Assembly: GCA_003009755.1 (NCBI GenBank)
Contig: PXUB01000019.1
Location: 74,827-118,105 of the forward strand
Origin: Thermoplasmatales archaeon SW_10_69_26
GTDB lineage: Archaea > Thermoplasmatota > SW-10-69-26
Reading direction: 5' to 3'
Length of the DNA: 43,279 bases
Part shown: one piece after another, positions 26,889 through 38,278 of the stretch
Position numbering within the stretch: the stretch's first letter is position 1
Layout of the letters: each line of letters starts with the position of its first letter
Notes under the pieces: generated by a model
The model's database searches: none
Told to the model about the DNA's origin: nothing
What the model saw: only the letters and a program-made list of their open reading frames with translations
Program-made: the position numbers and the translations under genes

Positions 26889-26949
26889 ACGAGCCCTCGA
26901 TGGGTGCCCTGAAAGTATAGGCTTTGTCCAGGGGGCGTACCGAAACTAC

Positions 26950-27108
26950 TCACTGCTGCTGGACGACGCCTGCCTCGGATTCCAGCCGACCGTTGGTTCG
27001 CGAGAAGCAGGCGCCGCACATGAAACCATCCGAGCCCTCGCCCACCAGGTACCAGATGCCTGCGACGGATTTGGACTCGCCGCACGATGAGCACATGCGT
27101 GTTTCCAT
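26950..27108 (-). CDS. Small zinc-finger protein (52 aa)
   Basis: METRMCSSCGE...FMCGACF; ATTATC box upstream. Hidden as the tail of the 698-aa shadow ORF. Confidence 0.6.
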   Translation of the reverse strand: METRMCSSCGESKSVAGIWYLVGEGSDGFMCGACFSRTNGRLESEAGVVQQQ

Positions 27109-27312
27109 GGGGCGACCACGTTGGGGAGGCGCCGGGTGGTAGATAATGGTTTGCGCGGCGACTCGGCCCGGTGGCCCGATCGCGACCCCATCGAGCTGAT
27201 GCATCTGATCCAGTCGAAAGAATGGTGGGGGTCCGGGTCGGTCGACGAGATGGACTAGGGCGCCGCCAACGTTCAACTGCGGGCAACGGGTGGCCCACCA
27301 CGGCCCGCCGCC

Positions 27313-28791
27313 ATGCCCGATCGCTCCTCCGGCCGTGTCCGGTCCGCGATCCTCGATCTGCTGTTCGGGTTCCCAGCAGCGCTCGCGAAGCTGGGGATCG
27401 TCGACCGCGAGGCCGGCGACCGCGCCTTCGATCTGGCGCTGCCGGTGATGCTGACCGCCGGCTTCCGCATCCTCCAGCAGGTCGCCGACTTCCTGATGGT
27501 CTCGATCGCGCTGGGCGCCAGCGCGGTGGCCGGGCTCGAGATCGGGTTCCAGTACTACTTCATCGGGTTCGGGCTCTCGCTGGCGGTCTCCAGCGGCACG
27601 ATCAGCGTCGTCTCCCGCCTGGTCGGCGCCGGCGAGGACGCCCAGGCCGACGTCGCGCTCAAGCAATCGCTGTGGTTGTCCCTGCTGTTGGCGGTCCCGC
27701 TGACGCTGCTGGCGTGGCTGTACGCGGAACCGATGGTCGGCCTGTTGACCGACGACGGGGCGGTGATCCGCCAGGGCGGTGCCTACCTGCGGGTCGTGAT
27801 GCTGGGTTTGGTGTTCCGCTTCTGGACGATGGTCGCCGCTCGGGCGCTGTACGGGGCCGGCGACACGCGGACGCCGATGTACGTCCGCTTCGTGACGATC
27901 CCGGTCAACCTCGTCCTGAACGCCGTGCTGATCTTCGGCTTGGGCCCGGCGCCGGCGTTGGGCGTCGTCGGGGCCGCCTGGGGCACCACGGTGGCCAACG
28001 CCTTGGCTGGCCTCGCGTTCCTGGCGTTGCTCGTGACCGACCGCTTCTCCGTGCGCTTGCGCCTGGGCGGCCCCCAACTGGCCCCCTCCATCGCCTGGGA
28101 GGTCGTCCGCGTGGGCTTCCCGCTGGGAGCGACCCGGTTGACGCGCACGCTGGGCCGGTTCCCGTTCCTGTTCGTGCTCGGCACGCTGGGCACCGGCGTC
28201 CTGGCCGCCTACGCCATCGCTCGACGGGTCATCCTGTTGGCGATCATGCCGGCCTGGGGCTACGGGACGAGCGCGAGCACGCTCGTCGGGCAGGCCTTGG
28301 GCGCCGGCGACGAGGAGGAAGCCAGCTACCTGGGCTGGCAGACGTTGCGGATCGGCGTCGCCACGCAGGCGCTCGTGGCCGTCGCGCTGGCGCTGGCCGC
28401 CGAGCCGATCGTGGCCGCCTTCGCCTCGCCCTCGCCCGAGCGGGCCGTCGCGTTCCTGCGCGTGTTCGCCATCGGCGTCATCCCCTACGCCCTGGCCCGC
28501 GCCGCCCGGGGTGGCCTGCGCGGCGCCGGCGACGCGATGTTCCCCCTGTACGGTGTCACCTTGGGCACAGGGTTGCGCCTGGTGGTCGCGTTCACCGCGC
28601 TGCCCGTCGGGTTCGTCCTCTCCTCGATGGCGGGGATCGAGCTCTCGCCCGGCATGGGTTGGGGGATGGCGGCCATCTATGCGGCGATCGTGAGCGACTG
28701 GACGGTGCGAGCCCTCGTCAACGTCGGCCGGTTCGCCGGCGGCCGATGGAAGCTGGTGGCGCGCGAGAGCGCGATCGGCGGCCGGCCGTGA
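27313..28791 (+). CDS. MATE family efflux transporter
   Basis: LALPVM, DFLMV, GAGDTRTPM, LNAVLIFG, GVVGAAWGT, LRGAGD; about 12 TM segments. Confidence 0.93.
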   Translation: MPDRSSGRVRSAILDLLFGFPAALAKLGIVDREAGDRAFDLALPVMLTAGFRILQQVADFLMVSIALGASAVAGLEIGFQYYFIGFGLSLAVSSGTISVVSRLVGAGEDAQADVALKQSLWLSLLLAVPLTLLAWLYAEPMVGLLTDDGAVIRQGGAYLRVVMLGLVFRFWTMVAARALYGAGDTRTPMYVRFVTIPVNLVLNAVLIFGLGPAPALGVVGAAWGTTVANALAGLAFLALLVTDRFSVRLRLGGPQLAPSIAWEVVRVGFPLGATRLTRTLGRFPFLFVLGTLGTGVLAAYAIARRVILLAIMPAWGYGTSASTLVGQALGAGDEEEASYLGWQTLRIGVATQALVAVALALAAEPIVAAFASPSPERAVAFLRVFAIGVIPYALARAARGGLRGAGDAMFPLYGVTLGTGLRLVVAFTALPVGFVLSSMAGIELSPGMGWGMAAIYAAIVSDWTVRALVNVGRFAGGRWKLVARESAIGGRP

Positions 28792-28918
28792 GCGCCGACG
28801 ATCCCCGAGCCCCCGACTCTCGACGTCGAAACGGTTATCAGGGGCCACCCGTACAAGTTCATCTTGGCCGGTCGTGCCTGCCTCCGGCAGGCTGAACCCC
28901 GAACGGAGTGACCCCCTC

Positions 28919-29794
28919 GTGATACGTCTTGGACCATCTGGAGTTCCGCTCTCCTGCAAAGGACGCACGCTCAAGGACGGCGTCGAGTTCACCCACGAGC
29001 TCGGTCTCGGTGCCATGGAGGTCCAGTTCTCCCGCGGGATCCGCATCGAGGAGGAGTACGCCGAGGAGGTCGGCGACCGCGCCGACGAGCTGGGCGTCCA
29101 GCTGTCCGTCCACAGCCCGTACTACACGAACCTCGGCAGCGACGACGAGGAGGTCGTGCAGAACTCGATCGACAAGATCGTCATGAGCGGCCACATGGGC
29201 GACGTCATGGGCGCCAACGTCGTCGTCGCCCACCCCGGCTTCTACACCTCCCTGGACCCCCAGGAGACGAAGGAGAAGATCACGCAGAACGCCAGCCTCA
29301 CGCGGGACTTCTTCCGGGACTCGAACTACCAGGTCGACCTGGGCCTGGAGGTCATGGGCAAAAAGCAGACCTTCGGCACGCTCGACGAGGTCATCGAGCT
29401 GTGCGAGGAGATCGGCGAGGGCGTCGTCCCCGTCATCGACTTCGCGCACATCCACGCCCGCTCCAACGGTGGTCTGCGGGAGCGCGAGGACTTCGAGGAG
29501 ATCTTCGAGAAGCTCGACAGTCTCGGCCTCGACCGCTACTACACCTACTTCACCGGCGTCGAGTACGAGAACGGGAACGAGGTCTCCCACAAGCCGATCA
29601 AGAAGGCCGACCTGGACTTCGACATCCTCGGCCAGATGCTGCTCGAATCCGGTCACGACGTGACCGTGATCAGCATCTCGCCGCTCGTCGAGCACGACGC
29701 GATCTACATGAAGATCCGGCTGGAGCGCATGCTCGACGACCTCGAGCGCGAGGGCACCTTCAAGGAGGTCGCCCAGCAGGTCACCGGAGCGTGA
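28919..29794 (+). CDS. Endonuclease IV / AP endonuclease family 2 TIM barrel
   Basis: LSVHSPYYTNL, VAHPG, GLEVMGK, DFAHIHAR. Confidence 0.88.
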   Translation: MIRLGPSGVPLSCKGRTLKDGVEFTHELGLGAMEVQFSRGIRIEEEYAEEVGDRADELGVQLSVHSPYYTNLGSDDEEVVQNSIDKIVMSGHMGDVMGANVVVAHPGFYTSLDPQETKEKITQNASLTRDFFRDSNYQVDLGLEVMGKKQTFGTLDEVIELCEEIGEGVVPVIDFAHIHARSNGGLREREDFEEIFEKLDSLGLDRYYTYFTGVEYENGNEVSHKPIKKADLDFDILGQMLLESGHDVTVISISPLVEHDAIYMKIRLERMLDDLEREGTFKEVAQQVTGA

Positions 29795-30348
29795 GCCGGG
29801 TGAAACGCTTCGAGCAGGCCGTCGACTTCCTCGTCGACGACGTCCGACGCACCACCCGCGAGGTGGACGTCGACGACCTCGACGTGTTGCTCGATCAGCT
29901 CGAAGCCGCCCGCCACGTCGTCATCTTCGGCCGCGGCCGTAGCGGCCACGTCGCCCAGTCCTTCGCCACACGCCTGGCGCACCTGGGCTTCAAATCCTAC
30001 GTCGTCGGCGAGACGAGCACGCCCCCGGTCAGCGACGAGGACGTCGTGTTGCTCGTCTCCGGCAGCGGCGAGACGTTCAGCGTGACGCTCACCGGCCGCA
30101 TCGCCCGCGACGTCGACGCCACCGTCGTCTCCGTCACGGCCACGCCCGACAGCGCGCTGGCCGAGGACAGCGACCACGTCGTCCACCTCCCGGTCGAGAC
30201 CACCCCGACCTCGGGCGAGCTGGCGCCGCTCGGGACCCGGTTCGAGCTCGCGGCCCATGCCGTCTTCGACGGGCTCGTCGCCGAGCTGATGGAGCGCCTG
30301 GACGAGGACGAGAGCTCGATGCAGGACCGTCACGCCACGCTGGAGTGA
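29791..30348 (+). CDS. SIS-domain sugar isomerase (6-phospho-3-hexuloisomerase-like)
   Basis: GRGRSG..FATRLAHLG..VVGET, SGSGET, APLGTRFE, C-terminal RHATLE; GTGA overlap. Confidence 0.9.
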   Translation: MSRVKRFEQAVDFLVDDVRRTTREVDVDDLDVLLDQLEAARHVVIFGRGRSGHVAQSFATRLAHLGFKSYVVGETSTPPVSDEDVVLLVSGSGETFSVTLTGRIARDVDATVVSVTATPDSALAEDSDHVVHLPVETTPTSGELAPLGTRFELAAHAVFDGLVAELMERLDEDESSMQDRHATLE

Positions 30349-30428
30349 CCGTCGACATCCGCGCCCGGCCCTGTCCAGCGTGAAAATCTTAAAGAGGAGC
30401 GGGCCGCTGCCGGCGAAGGGAGCCGCCA

Positions 30429-31040
30429 ATGGTGAACAGGGTCGACGGAGTCATCCTGGGCGTCGGGATCGTGGTGCTCGTTGCCTCGGTCATCGGCGTC
30501 GTGCTCTACGACGAGCAGAGCCCGCAGTCCTACAACCTCAGCTGGTCGGAGAGCGAGGCGATCGAGCTCGACGAACAGACCGACAGCGGCGGCCCCGGCG
30601 AGTTCACCTTCGCGACGAACGTCTCGGAGGAGGCGCTGGCCCGCGCCGAGTTCACGGTCGAGGTGACCGCCTCGGGAACGACCGTGGAAGACAGCAACGT
30701 AGAGGTCGAGGTCGAGACCTCCGAGGGCGAGACCGACACCTGCTCGTTCACCGTCGCTGGCGGCGGTCAGACGTCCTCGACGGGCGACTGCACGGTCGAG
30801 TTCGAGCTCAACCCGCGGCCGGCCCTGTCGACGGCCAACGGTGTCAACAACACGGCGGCCGAACGGCAGGCCCTCGACCAGGTCGCGTTCCCCAACGGGA
30901 CCGGCGAGTGGGCCACCACGGTCACCGTGGACGCCGGCACCGGGATCTCGGACCCGGATTACGACGTCAGCCTGCAGCCGACAGTGTACAACTGGGAGGT
31001 CACCGCCACCCAGAACGCCCCCGGCGGACGCGCGGGTTGA
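30429..31040 (+). CDS. Membrane-anchored hypothetical protein (203 aa)
   Basis: N-terminal TM, acidic beta-rich body; CTTAAA box at 30388. Confidence 0.8.
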   Translation: MVNRVDGVILGVGIVVLVASVIGVVLYDEQSPQSYNLSWSESEAIELDEQTDSGGPGEFTFATNVSEEALARAEFTVEVTASGTTVEDSNVEVEVETSEGETDTCSFTVAGGGQTSSTGDCTVEFELNPRPALSTANGVNNTAAERQALDQVAFPNGTGEWATTVTVDAGTGISDPDYDVSLQPTVYNWEVTATQNAPGGRAG

Positions 31041-31130
31041 CGACGATCGGCCCCTGATCCCCGGCCGCGGTGGCCGACGGCTCGATGCCGGTACAGCAAC
31101 GCCTTTCAACCCCGCTCGGCGTCCGGCGCC

Positions 31131-32528
31131 GTGGACCTTCGACGGGATCTGGGCCCGGTCGCCGCGACGAGCGTCGTCGTCGGCAGCATGATCGGCTCCG
31201 GCATCTTCTTCGGCCCCCAGATCGTCGCCTGGCAGTTCACCTCGAACGGGATCGACCCGACCGCGCCCCTCGTGCTGAGCGTGTGGGCCGTGGCGGGGTT
31301 CCTGTCCCTGCTGGGCGCTCTCACGTTCGCCGAGCTCGCCGTCGCCATGCCCGAGTCCGGCGGGCAGTACGCCTACATCCGTGAGGCCTTCGGCGCCAAG
31401 CTCGGGTTCCTGCAGGGCTGGTCGAGCTTCTTCATCGGCAAGGCCGGCTCGGTTGCGGCCCTGGCCGTCGCCTTCGGCAACCTGCTATCCGAGGTCGAGG
31501 GCGGCCAGTGGGTCGGTACCGGGCTCGACGTGACCTTCGTCGCCGTCGGCCTGATCACCGGGCTCACGCTCGTCAACTACGTCGGCGTCAAGTTCGGCGG
31601 CTGGGTCCAATCGTCCACGACGGTTCTCAAGGTGCTGGCCCTGGTCCTGCTGGCCGGCGTGGCCGTGTTCGCCGAGCCGAGCGGCGACCCGATCGCGACG
31701 GCCCCGATCGACGGCTCCGGCTCCCTGCTGGCCGCGTTCGGGCTCGCGCTCGTGCCCGCCCTGTGGGCCTACGACGGCTGGTACAACAGCACCCAGGTCG
31801 CCGAGGAGATCGAGAACCCCGATCGCAACCTGCCGTTGTCGCTGATCGGCGGCACCGTGCTCGTCATCGTCGTCTACGCGGCGACGAACTGGGCCTACTT
31901 GCACGTGCTCGGCGGCCAAGGGTTGGCTGGCATCCAGGAAGCCTTGGGTGACGTTGGCGCGGCCCAGGCGGCTCAATCGCCGGCCGGCTTGACCGCCCAG
32001 TTGCTCGGCGGCGACGGGCTGTCGACGTTCATCCTCGCCGGCGTGCTCATCTCCGTGTTCGGCACCTGCAACGCCGTCATCCTCACCGGGCCCCGCATCC
32101 CGTTCGCGATGGCGCGCGACGGCGTGTTCTTCGAGAGCCTCACCGGCGTCCACGACGATTTCGCGACCCCGCACGTCGCGCTGCTCGTCCAGGGGGCGTG
32201 GTCGCTGGTGTTAGCCCTGACCGGCACCTTCGAGCAGCTGATCACGCTCGTCGTGTTCTCGATCTGGCTGTGGGTCGGGCTCGGCGGGTTGGCCGTGATC
32301 GTGCTCCGCCGCAAACGGCCCGACATGCGCCGCCCCTACGAGGTGCCCTTGTACCCGTGGATCCCGCTGGCCTTCATCGCGCTGGCCGGGATCTTCGCGG
32401 CGAACCTGATCCTCGAGTCGCCCGTCGAGAGCATCGTCGGGACCGCGATCATCCTCGCCGGGTTGCCGATGTACTTCCTGGCTCGCCGGCCCGGCGCCGA
32501 ACGCGACGTCGAACTCGAGGAGATGTAG
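31131..32528 (+). CDS. APC family amino acid permease
   Basis: GSMIGSGIF, AELAVAMPESGGQYAY, WAYDGW, AEEIENP.RNLP. Confidence 0.94.
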   Translation: MDLRRDLGPVAATSVVVGSMIGSGIFFGPQIVAWQFTSNGIDPTAPLVLSVWAVAGFLSLLGALTFAELAVAMPESGGQYAYIREAFGAKLGFLQGWSSFFIGKAGSVAALAVAFGNLLSEVEGGQWVGTGLDVTFVAVGLITGLTLVNYVGVKFGGWVQSSTTVLKVLALVLLAGVAVFAEPSGDPIATAPIDGSGSLLAAFGLALVPALWAYDGWYNSTQVAEEIENPDRNLPLSLIGGTVLVIVVYAATNWAYLHVLGGQGLAGIQEALGDVGAAQAAQSPAGLTAQLLGGDGLSTFILAGVLISVFGTCNAVILTGPRIPFAMARDGVFFESLTGVHDDFATPHVALLVQGAWSLVLALTGTFEQLITLVVFSIWLWVGLGGLAVIVLRRKRPDMRRPYEVPLYPWIPLAFIALAGIFAANLILESPVESIVGTAIILAGLPMYFLARRPGAERDVELEEM

Positions 32529-32534
32529 GCCGGC

Positions 32535-33683
32535 TCAGAAGAGGTCGCTGCCCAGCCCGGCCAGCCCTTCCTCGCCGCCCATGTCCTCCATGGCGCGCGT
32601 CCAGACGTCCGGGTCGTCGAGGTCGACGGCCAGATCGAGGGTGTCGGCCACGCCACCTCGGTCGAGCACGAGCGCGCGGAACCGCTCGCCGAACCCGGTC
32701 GATCGGCTGGGGACGAGCAGCTGTTTGACCTCCTGCATGCGATCGCGCTGGCGAGCGACCTCGACGAGGCCTAGGTGGACAAGCAGGCGGTCCTGGCCGC
32801 CGTAGGCCGTCTCCGCGAGGCCGAGCGCGTCGGCCAGGCCCATGACGCGGGAGAAGTCGACGTCGGCGGTGAGGTCGACCTCGCCGGGATCTTCGAGCAC
32901 CTCGGCGTGCTGGTGCTCGCGGAAAGCCCGCAGCGTGCCCGAGCTCCCCTGGCCCCAAAGGTCGTCGAAGCGGCCGCCGTAGTCGAAGACGGCGGCCACG
33001 CCGGGGTCCAGCGTCCCAGCGACCGACCGGAGCAGCTCCTCGAGGCCGCGGGACAGCTCGTAGCGGCCGCCCTCGGGCAGCCGAGGCGCGACCGGGGCGG
33101 CAGCTTCGGCCAGTGGGGGCTCGGCCGGCTGCCAGACCTCGACGAAGCCGTCCCCGTCGTCGAGGTCGACGTGCATCGCGTCCAGGCCGTCCTCGGTCTT
33201 CGCGAGCACGTCGACCGGCAACGCGTCGAGCACCTCGTTGGCGAGCAGGAACGTGCGTCCCGGCTCGACGGGCTCGAGGTCGCCGACGACGCGCGGGCGG
33301 TGGCCGGTGTCCTCCTCGACGCGGTCGGCCAAGGCCTGCTGGCGGGCCTCGAAGGGCTCGACGAGCACGACCTCCAGGCGCTGGCGGGCCTCCTCGCTGA
33401 GCTGATCGAGGACGTCGGTCACGAGCCGGCCGCTGCCCGGCCCGAGCTCGACCAGGCGCGAGCCCTGCTCGGCGAAGGCCTCGACGGGCTCGGCCAGCGT
33501 GGCGCCCATCAGCGGGCCCGTGTCCGGCGCCGTCGCGAAGTCGCCGGACCGGCCCGTCGTGAACGAGGGATCGGCGTAGTAGCCGTCCTCGGGGTCGTAC
33601 AGGGCTGCGTTCATGTACTCGGAGAAGGCGATCGGTCCCTCCGAGCGGATGCGCTCGCGAAGGCGGTCGGCCAGCGAGGTCAC
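32535..33683 (-). CDS. SAM-dependent methyltransferase, MidA/NDUFAF7 family
   Basis: YMNAALYDPEDGYY, GDFATAP, VELGPGSG, ANEVLDALP, DYG, DLTADVDF. Confidence 0.88.
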   Translation of the reverse strand: MTSLADRLRERIRSEGPIAFSEYMNAALYDPEDGYYADPSFTTGRSGDFATAPDTGPLMGATLAEPVEAFAEQGSRLVELGPGSGRLVTDVLDQLSEEARQRLEVVLVEPFEARQQALADRVEEDTGHRPRVVGDLEPVEPGRTFLLANEVLDALPVDVLAKTEDGLDAMHVDLDDGDGFVEVWQPAEPPLAEAAAPVAPRLPEGGRYELSRGLEELLRSVAGTLDPGVAAVFDYGGRFDDLWGQGSSGTLRAFREHQHAEVLEDPGEVDLTADVDFSRVMGLADALGLAETAYGGQDRLLVHLGLVEVARQRDRMQEVKQLLVPSRSTGFGERFRALVLDRGGVADTLDLAVDLDDPDVWTRAMEDMGGEEGLAGLGSDLF

Positions 33684-33792
33684 AAGCTCACCCAGGGTGC
33701 CGGCCCGTAAAAGGCTGGCCCGCGGCCGGGCGGGCGCCGCCGGCGAGACCTCGGGCCCAACCCTTTAGCCCCCGATGCGGTTGCCGGCCGCG

Positions 33793-35397
<1,605 letters not shown>

Positions 35398-35495
35398 GCC
35401 CGGCCGACGCCGACCGGCTGGGTCCCCTCCGTCCATCGACAGCGTCGACCGATGGCCCCCACCTTCGGGGTTCATAGCTGAGGGCGGCGCCAGTA

Positions 35496-35542
35496 GTGAG
35501 GGAGCCTCACCGTGTGCGGGCTCACCGATGAGGTGGCCTCAC
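35496..35542. promoter_or_regulatory. Putative MarR operator pair TGAGG-N3-CCTCA
   Basis: GTGAGGGAGCCTCAC (35496-35510) and ATGAGGTGGCCTCAC (35528-35542) directly upstream of marR. Confidence 0.55.
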
Positions 35543-35597
35543 CATCCCGACCCCGACGGATCTCGCCGACGTCTTCTCGCGCTTCGGTCCGGCGTTC

Positions 35598-35990
35598 ATG
35601 CGCTGGATCAAGAACGCCAGCGAGGCCGACGGGCTGACGATCGCTCGCCTGCGCTTGCTGTGGGCGCTCGAGACGCAGGGCCCGCTGATCATGAGCGATC
35701 TCAAGGATGCCCTGGGCGTCACGGCGCGCAGCGTCACCTCGCTCGTCGACGGGCTCGAGGAGGAGAGTCACGTCCGCCGCCGTGCCCACCCCGAGGACCG
35801 GCGAGCCACGATCGTCGAACCGACGGCGGCCGGCCGTGAGGCCGTGCTACGAGCCCAAGAGGGTCACCGCGAGCAGGCCGCCGTGCTCTTCGAGCACCTG
35901 GACGAGGCCGACCGCCAGTCGCTGCTGCGCATCATGCGTTCCGTGATCGAGCAGCTCGAAGCCCGTCATCGCGCGGAGGGATCGTCGTGA
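35598..35990 (+). CDS. MarR family regulator (true start may be near 35544)
   Basis: GLTIARLRLL, SVTSLVDGLEE..VRR..HPEDRRA. Confidence 0.88.
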   Translation: MRWIKNASEADGLTIARLRLLWALETQGPLIMSDLKDALGVTARSVTSLVDGLEEESHVRRRAHPEDRRATIVEPTAAGREAVLRAQEGHREQAAVLFEHLDEADRQSLLRIMRSVIEQLEARHRAEGSS

Positions 35991-36700
35991 GCGAGGACCA
36001 GCTGGCGATCGAGACCCACGGTCTGTCGCGAACGTACGAGCGCGGGGAGGACAACGCCGTGGACGCGCTCGTCGACGTCGACCTGGCCGTCGAGGCCGGC
36101 GAGCGCATCGGCATCATGGGCACCAGCGGCAGCGGCAAGTCGACGCTGTTGAACCTGCTGGGCACCCTCGACCAGCCGACGACAGGCACCGTGTGGCTCG
36201 ACGGGATCGATCCCTCCACCCTCGACGACGACGCCCGATCGCGGCTGCGGAACCGCAAGATCGGGTTCGTCTTCCAGCAGTTCAACCTCATCCCCCGGAT
36301 GACGGCCGAGCAGAACGTCGCGCTGGCCCTGATCCCGCGCGGCGTCGACCGGGCCACCCGCCACGAGCGAGCCCGCGAGGTCTTGGCCGACGTGGGGCTG
36401 GGCGACCGGATCGACCACCACCCCAACGAGCTGTCCGGCGGCCAACAGCAGCGCGTCGCCGTGGCTCGTGCGCTCGTGACCGAGCCGCCGATCCTGTTGG
36501 CCGACGAGCCGACGGGGCAGGTCGACACGGAGACCAGCGAGCGTCTGATGGATCTGTTCGCCGACCTGAACGAGCAGCTCGGCCTCACGATCGTCATCGT
36601 CACCCACGACCCGACCGTCGAGGACCACGTCGACCGGACGGTCCACCTCAGCGACGGGCACGTCGTCGACGAAGCCAGCTACGCGGGGGCGATGCCGTGA
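35987..36700 (+). CDS. ABC transporter ATP-binding protein (LolD/MacB-like)
   Basis: GTSGSGKST, GFVFQQFNL, LSGGQQQR, LLADEPTG, VTHD. Confidence 0.95.
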   Translation: MSEDQLAIETHGLSRTYERGEDNAVDALVDVDLAVEAGERIGIMGTSGSGKSTLLNLLGTLDQPTTGTVWLDGIDPSTLDDDARSRLRNRKIGFVFQQFNLIPRMTAEQNVALALIPRGVDRATRHERAREVLADVGLGDRIDHHPNELSGGQQQRVAVARALVTEPPILLADEPTGQVDTETSERLMDLFADLNEQLGLTIVIVTHDPTVEDHVDRTVHLSDGHVVDEASYAGAMP

Positions 36701-38277
36701 GCCGCCGCTCCGCGCTGGCGGCCGTCGCCGTGGCGCTGGTCGCTTTGCTGGCCCCCCAGCCGGCGCAGGCCGCCTTCGACGTGGGAGCCGAGTTCGAGCG
36801 GGCCTACTGGGGCCAGACCCCCTCGGAGGTCTCGCCGGGCGATGGGGGCCGGCTGTTGACCGTGGAGATCCGCAACGGGGACACGATCGGGTTCTACGGC
36901 GTCGAGGCCGAGCTGCGTGATCACGCCAACCTCACCCCCTCCCCCGCGGGAGGCGACGAGATCAACCGCGGCGAGACGTTCGCCGCCGGCGACGTCTGGA
37001 AGGCGCAGTTCCGCGTCGACCTGGACGACAACCTCACCGTCGGAGACGAGCTCGGGCTCGACGTCCGCGTCACGATGCGCGCCAACGAGGGCGGCAGCGG
37101 GTTCGACGAGGGCGACATCCTCCGCGAGACGCTGGACGTGACCGTCACCGTCCCCGGCCGCACGGACCTCCGCGCCGAAGCCACGACGCCCTCGGTCCCC
37201 CGCGACACGCGGACGAGGGTCCCGATCGCGATCACCAACGAGGGCGACGGCGCCGCCGGGACGATCGAGATCAACGCCTCGCCCGGCCCCGGCAGCGGTC
37301 TGCGCGTGGCCTCCGCCGGCTCCATCGAGCGCATCCCGCGCTTGGGCCCCGGCGAGACGAGCACGGTGGATCTCACCGTCGTCACGCCGGCCGAGACCGG
37401 CCTGCAGGACCTGCGCGTGGGGCTCACGTACGCCTCGACCGTCGGTGAACCCGTTCGCCGGTCGTTGACGGTCCCGCTGAACGTGGCCTATCGCTCGATC
37501 GAGCCGGTGAGCGTGGACCTCGTCGGCGAGGCCACCGCCGGCCGCGCCAGCGAGGCCACGCTGCGCGTCACCAACGACGGCCAGGAGGCGCTGGGCGATT
37601 TGGAGGCCCCCGTCCAGCCGCAGGCTCCACCGCAGGGTCCCTCGCAGCTGACGACGCTCAACGGGACCGGCGTCGTCGCGCTGGGCCCCCTGGAGCCCGG
37701 GCAGACGACCTCGGCCGACGTCCGCGTCTACGCCTCCCGCCAGGCCCCGGATCTGGTGCCGGTGGACGTCACCCTCCAATGGCGGGACGACAGCGGGTTC
37801 GACCGCCGCCTTGAGCGCACGTTCGGTCTCGTCGTGCAGGGTGCGATCGAGGTGCAGATGACCGGCCTGGACGCCCGGCTGCACGGGGACGAGCGCGAGA
37901 TCGTCGTCGAAGGCCGGATCACGAACACCGGCAACACCGAGGCCACGAACGTCTACTTGCGGATCGAGCCGGCCGAGGGCCTGGAAGGCACCGATCCCGT
38001 TTACCAGGGCGACCTGGACCCGGACTCCCCGATCCCGTTCACGCTCGCCTCGCCGGCCGACCCCGAGGACGCGCCGGACAGCGTGACGTTGACGCTGACC
38101 TGGACCGACGACCAGGGCCAATCGCGCGAGCTGACGCGCGGCGTCGGCGTCCGCCCGGCCAGCCCGCCGGCCGAACCAGCCGACGAGGCCGAGGACAACG
38201 ACACGCCCGTGCCCGGCGTGGCGGCTGTGCTCGTGGCCGTGGCCCTCGGCCTGGCTCTGCGTCGACGGGAGGTCTAG
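36697..38277 (+). CDS. COG1361-like S-layer-domain protein with C-terminal sorting anchor
   Basis: GTG start MSRRSALAAVAVALV; repeated I.N.G...LxPGE Ig-like units; PVPG + TM + RRR tail. Confidence 0.82.
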   Translation: MSRRSALAAVAVALVALLAPQPAQAAFDVGAEFERAYWGQTPSEVSPGDGGRLLTVEIRNGDTIGFYGVEAELRDHANLTPSPAGGDEINRGETFAAGDVWKAQFRVDLDDNLTVGDELGLDVRVTMRANEGGSGFDEGDILRETLDVTVTVPGRTDLRAEATTPSVPRDTRTRVPIAITNEGDGAAGTIEINASPGPGSGLRVASAGSIERIPRLGPGETSTVDLTVVTPAETGLQDLRVGLTYASTVGEPVRRSLTVPLNVAYRSIEPVSVDLVGEATAGRASEATLRVTNDGQEALGDLEAPVQPQAPPQGPSQLTTLNGTGVVALGPLEPGQTTSADVRVYASRQAPDLVPVDVTLQWRDDSGFDRRLERTFGLVVQGAIEVQMTGLDARLHGDEREIVVEGRITNTGNTEATNVYLRIEPAEGLEGTDPVYQGDLDPDSPIPFTLASPADPEDAPDSVTLTLTWTDDQGQSRELTRGVGVRPASPPAEPADEAEDNDTPVPGVAAVLVAVALGLALRRREV

Positions 38278-38278
38278 G

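Noticed and set aside
25280-27310. oriC with ORB boxes next to cdc6
   Set aside because: No repeated TTCCAGTGGAAA-like boxes or AT-rich unwinding element seen.
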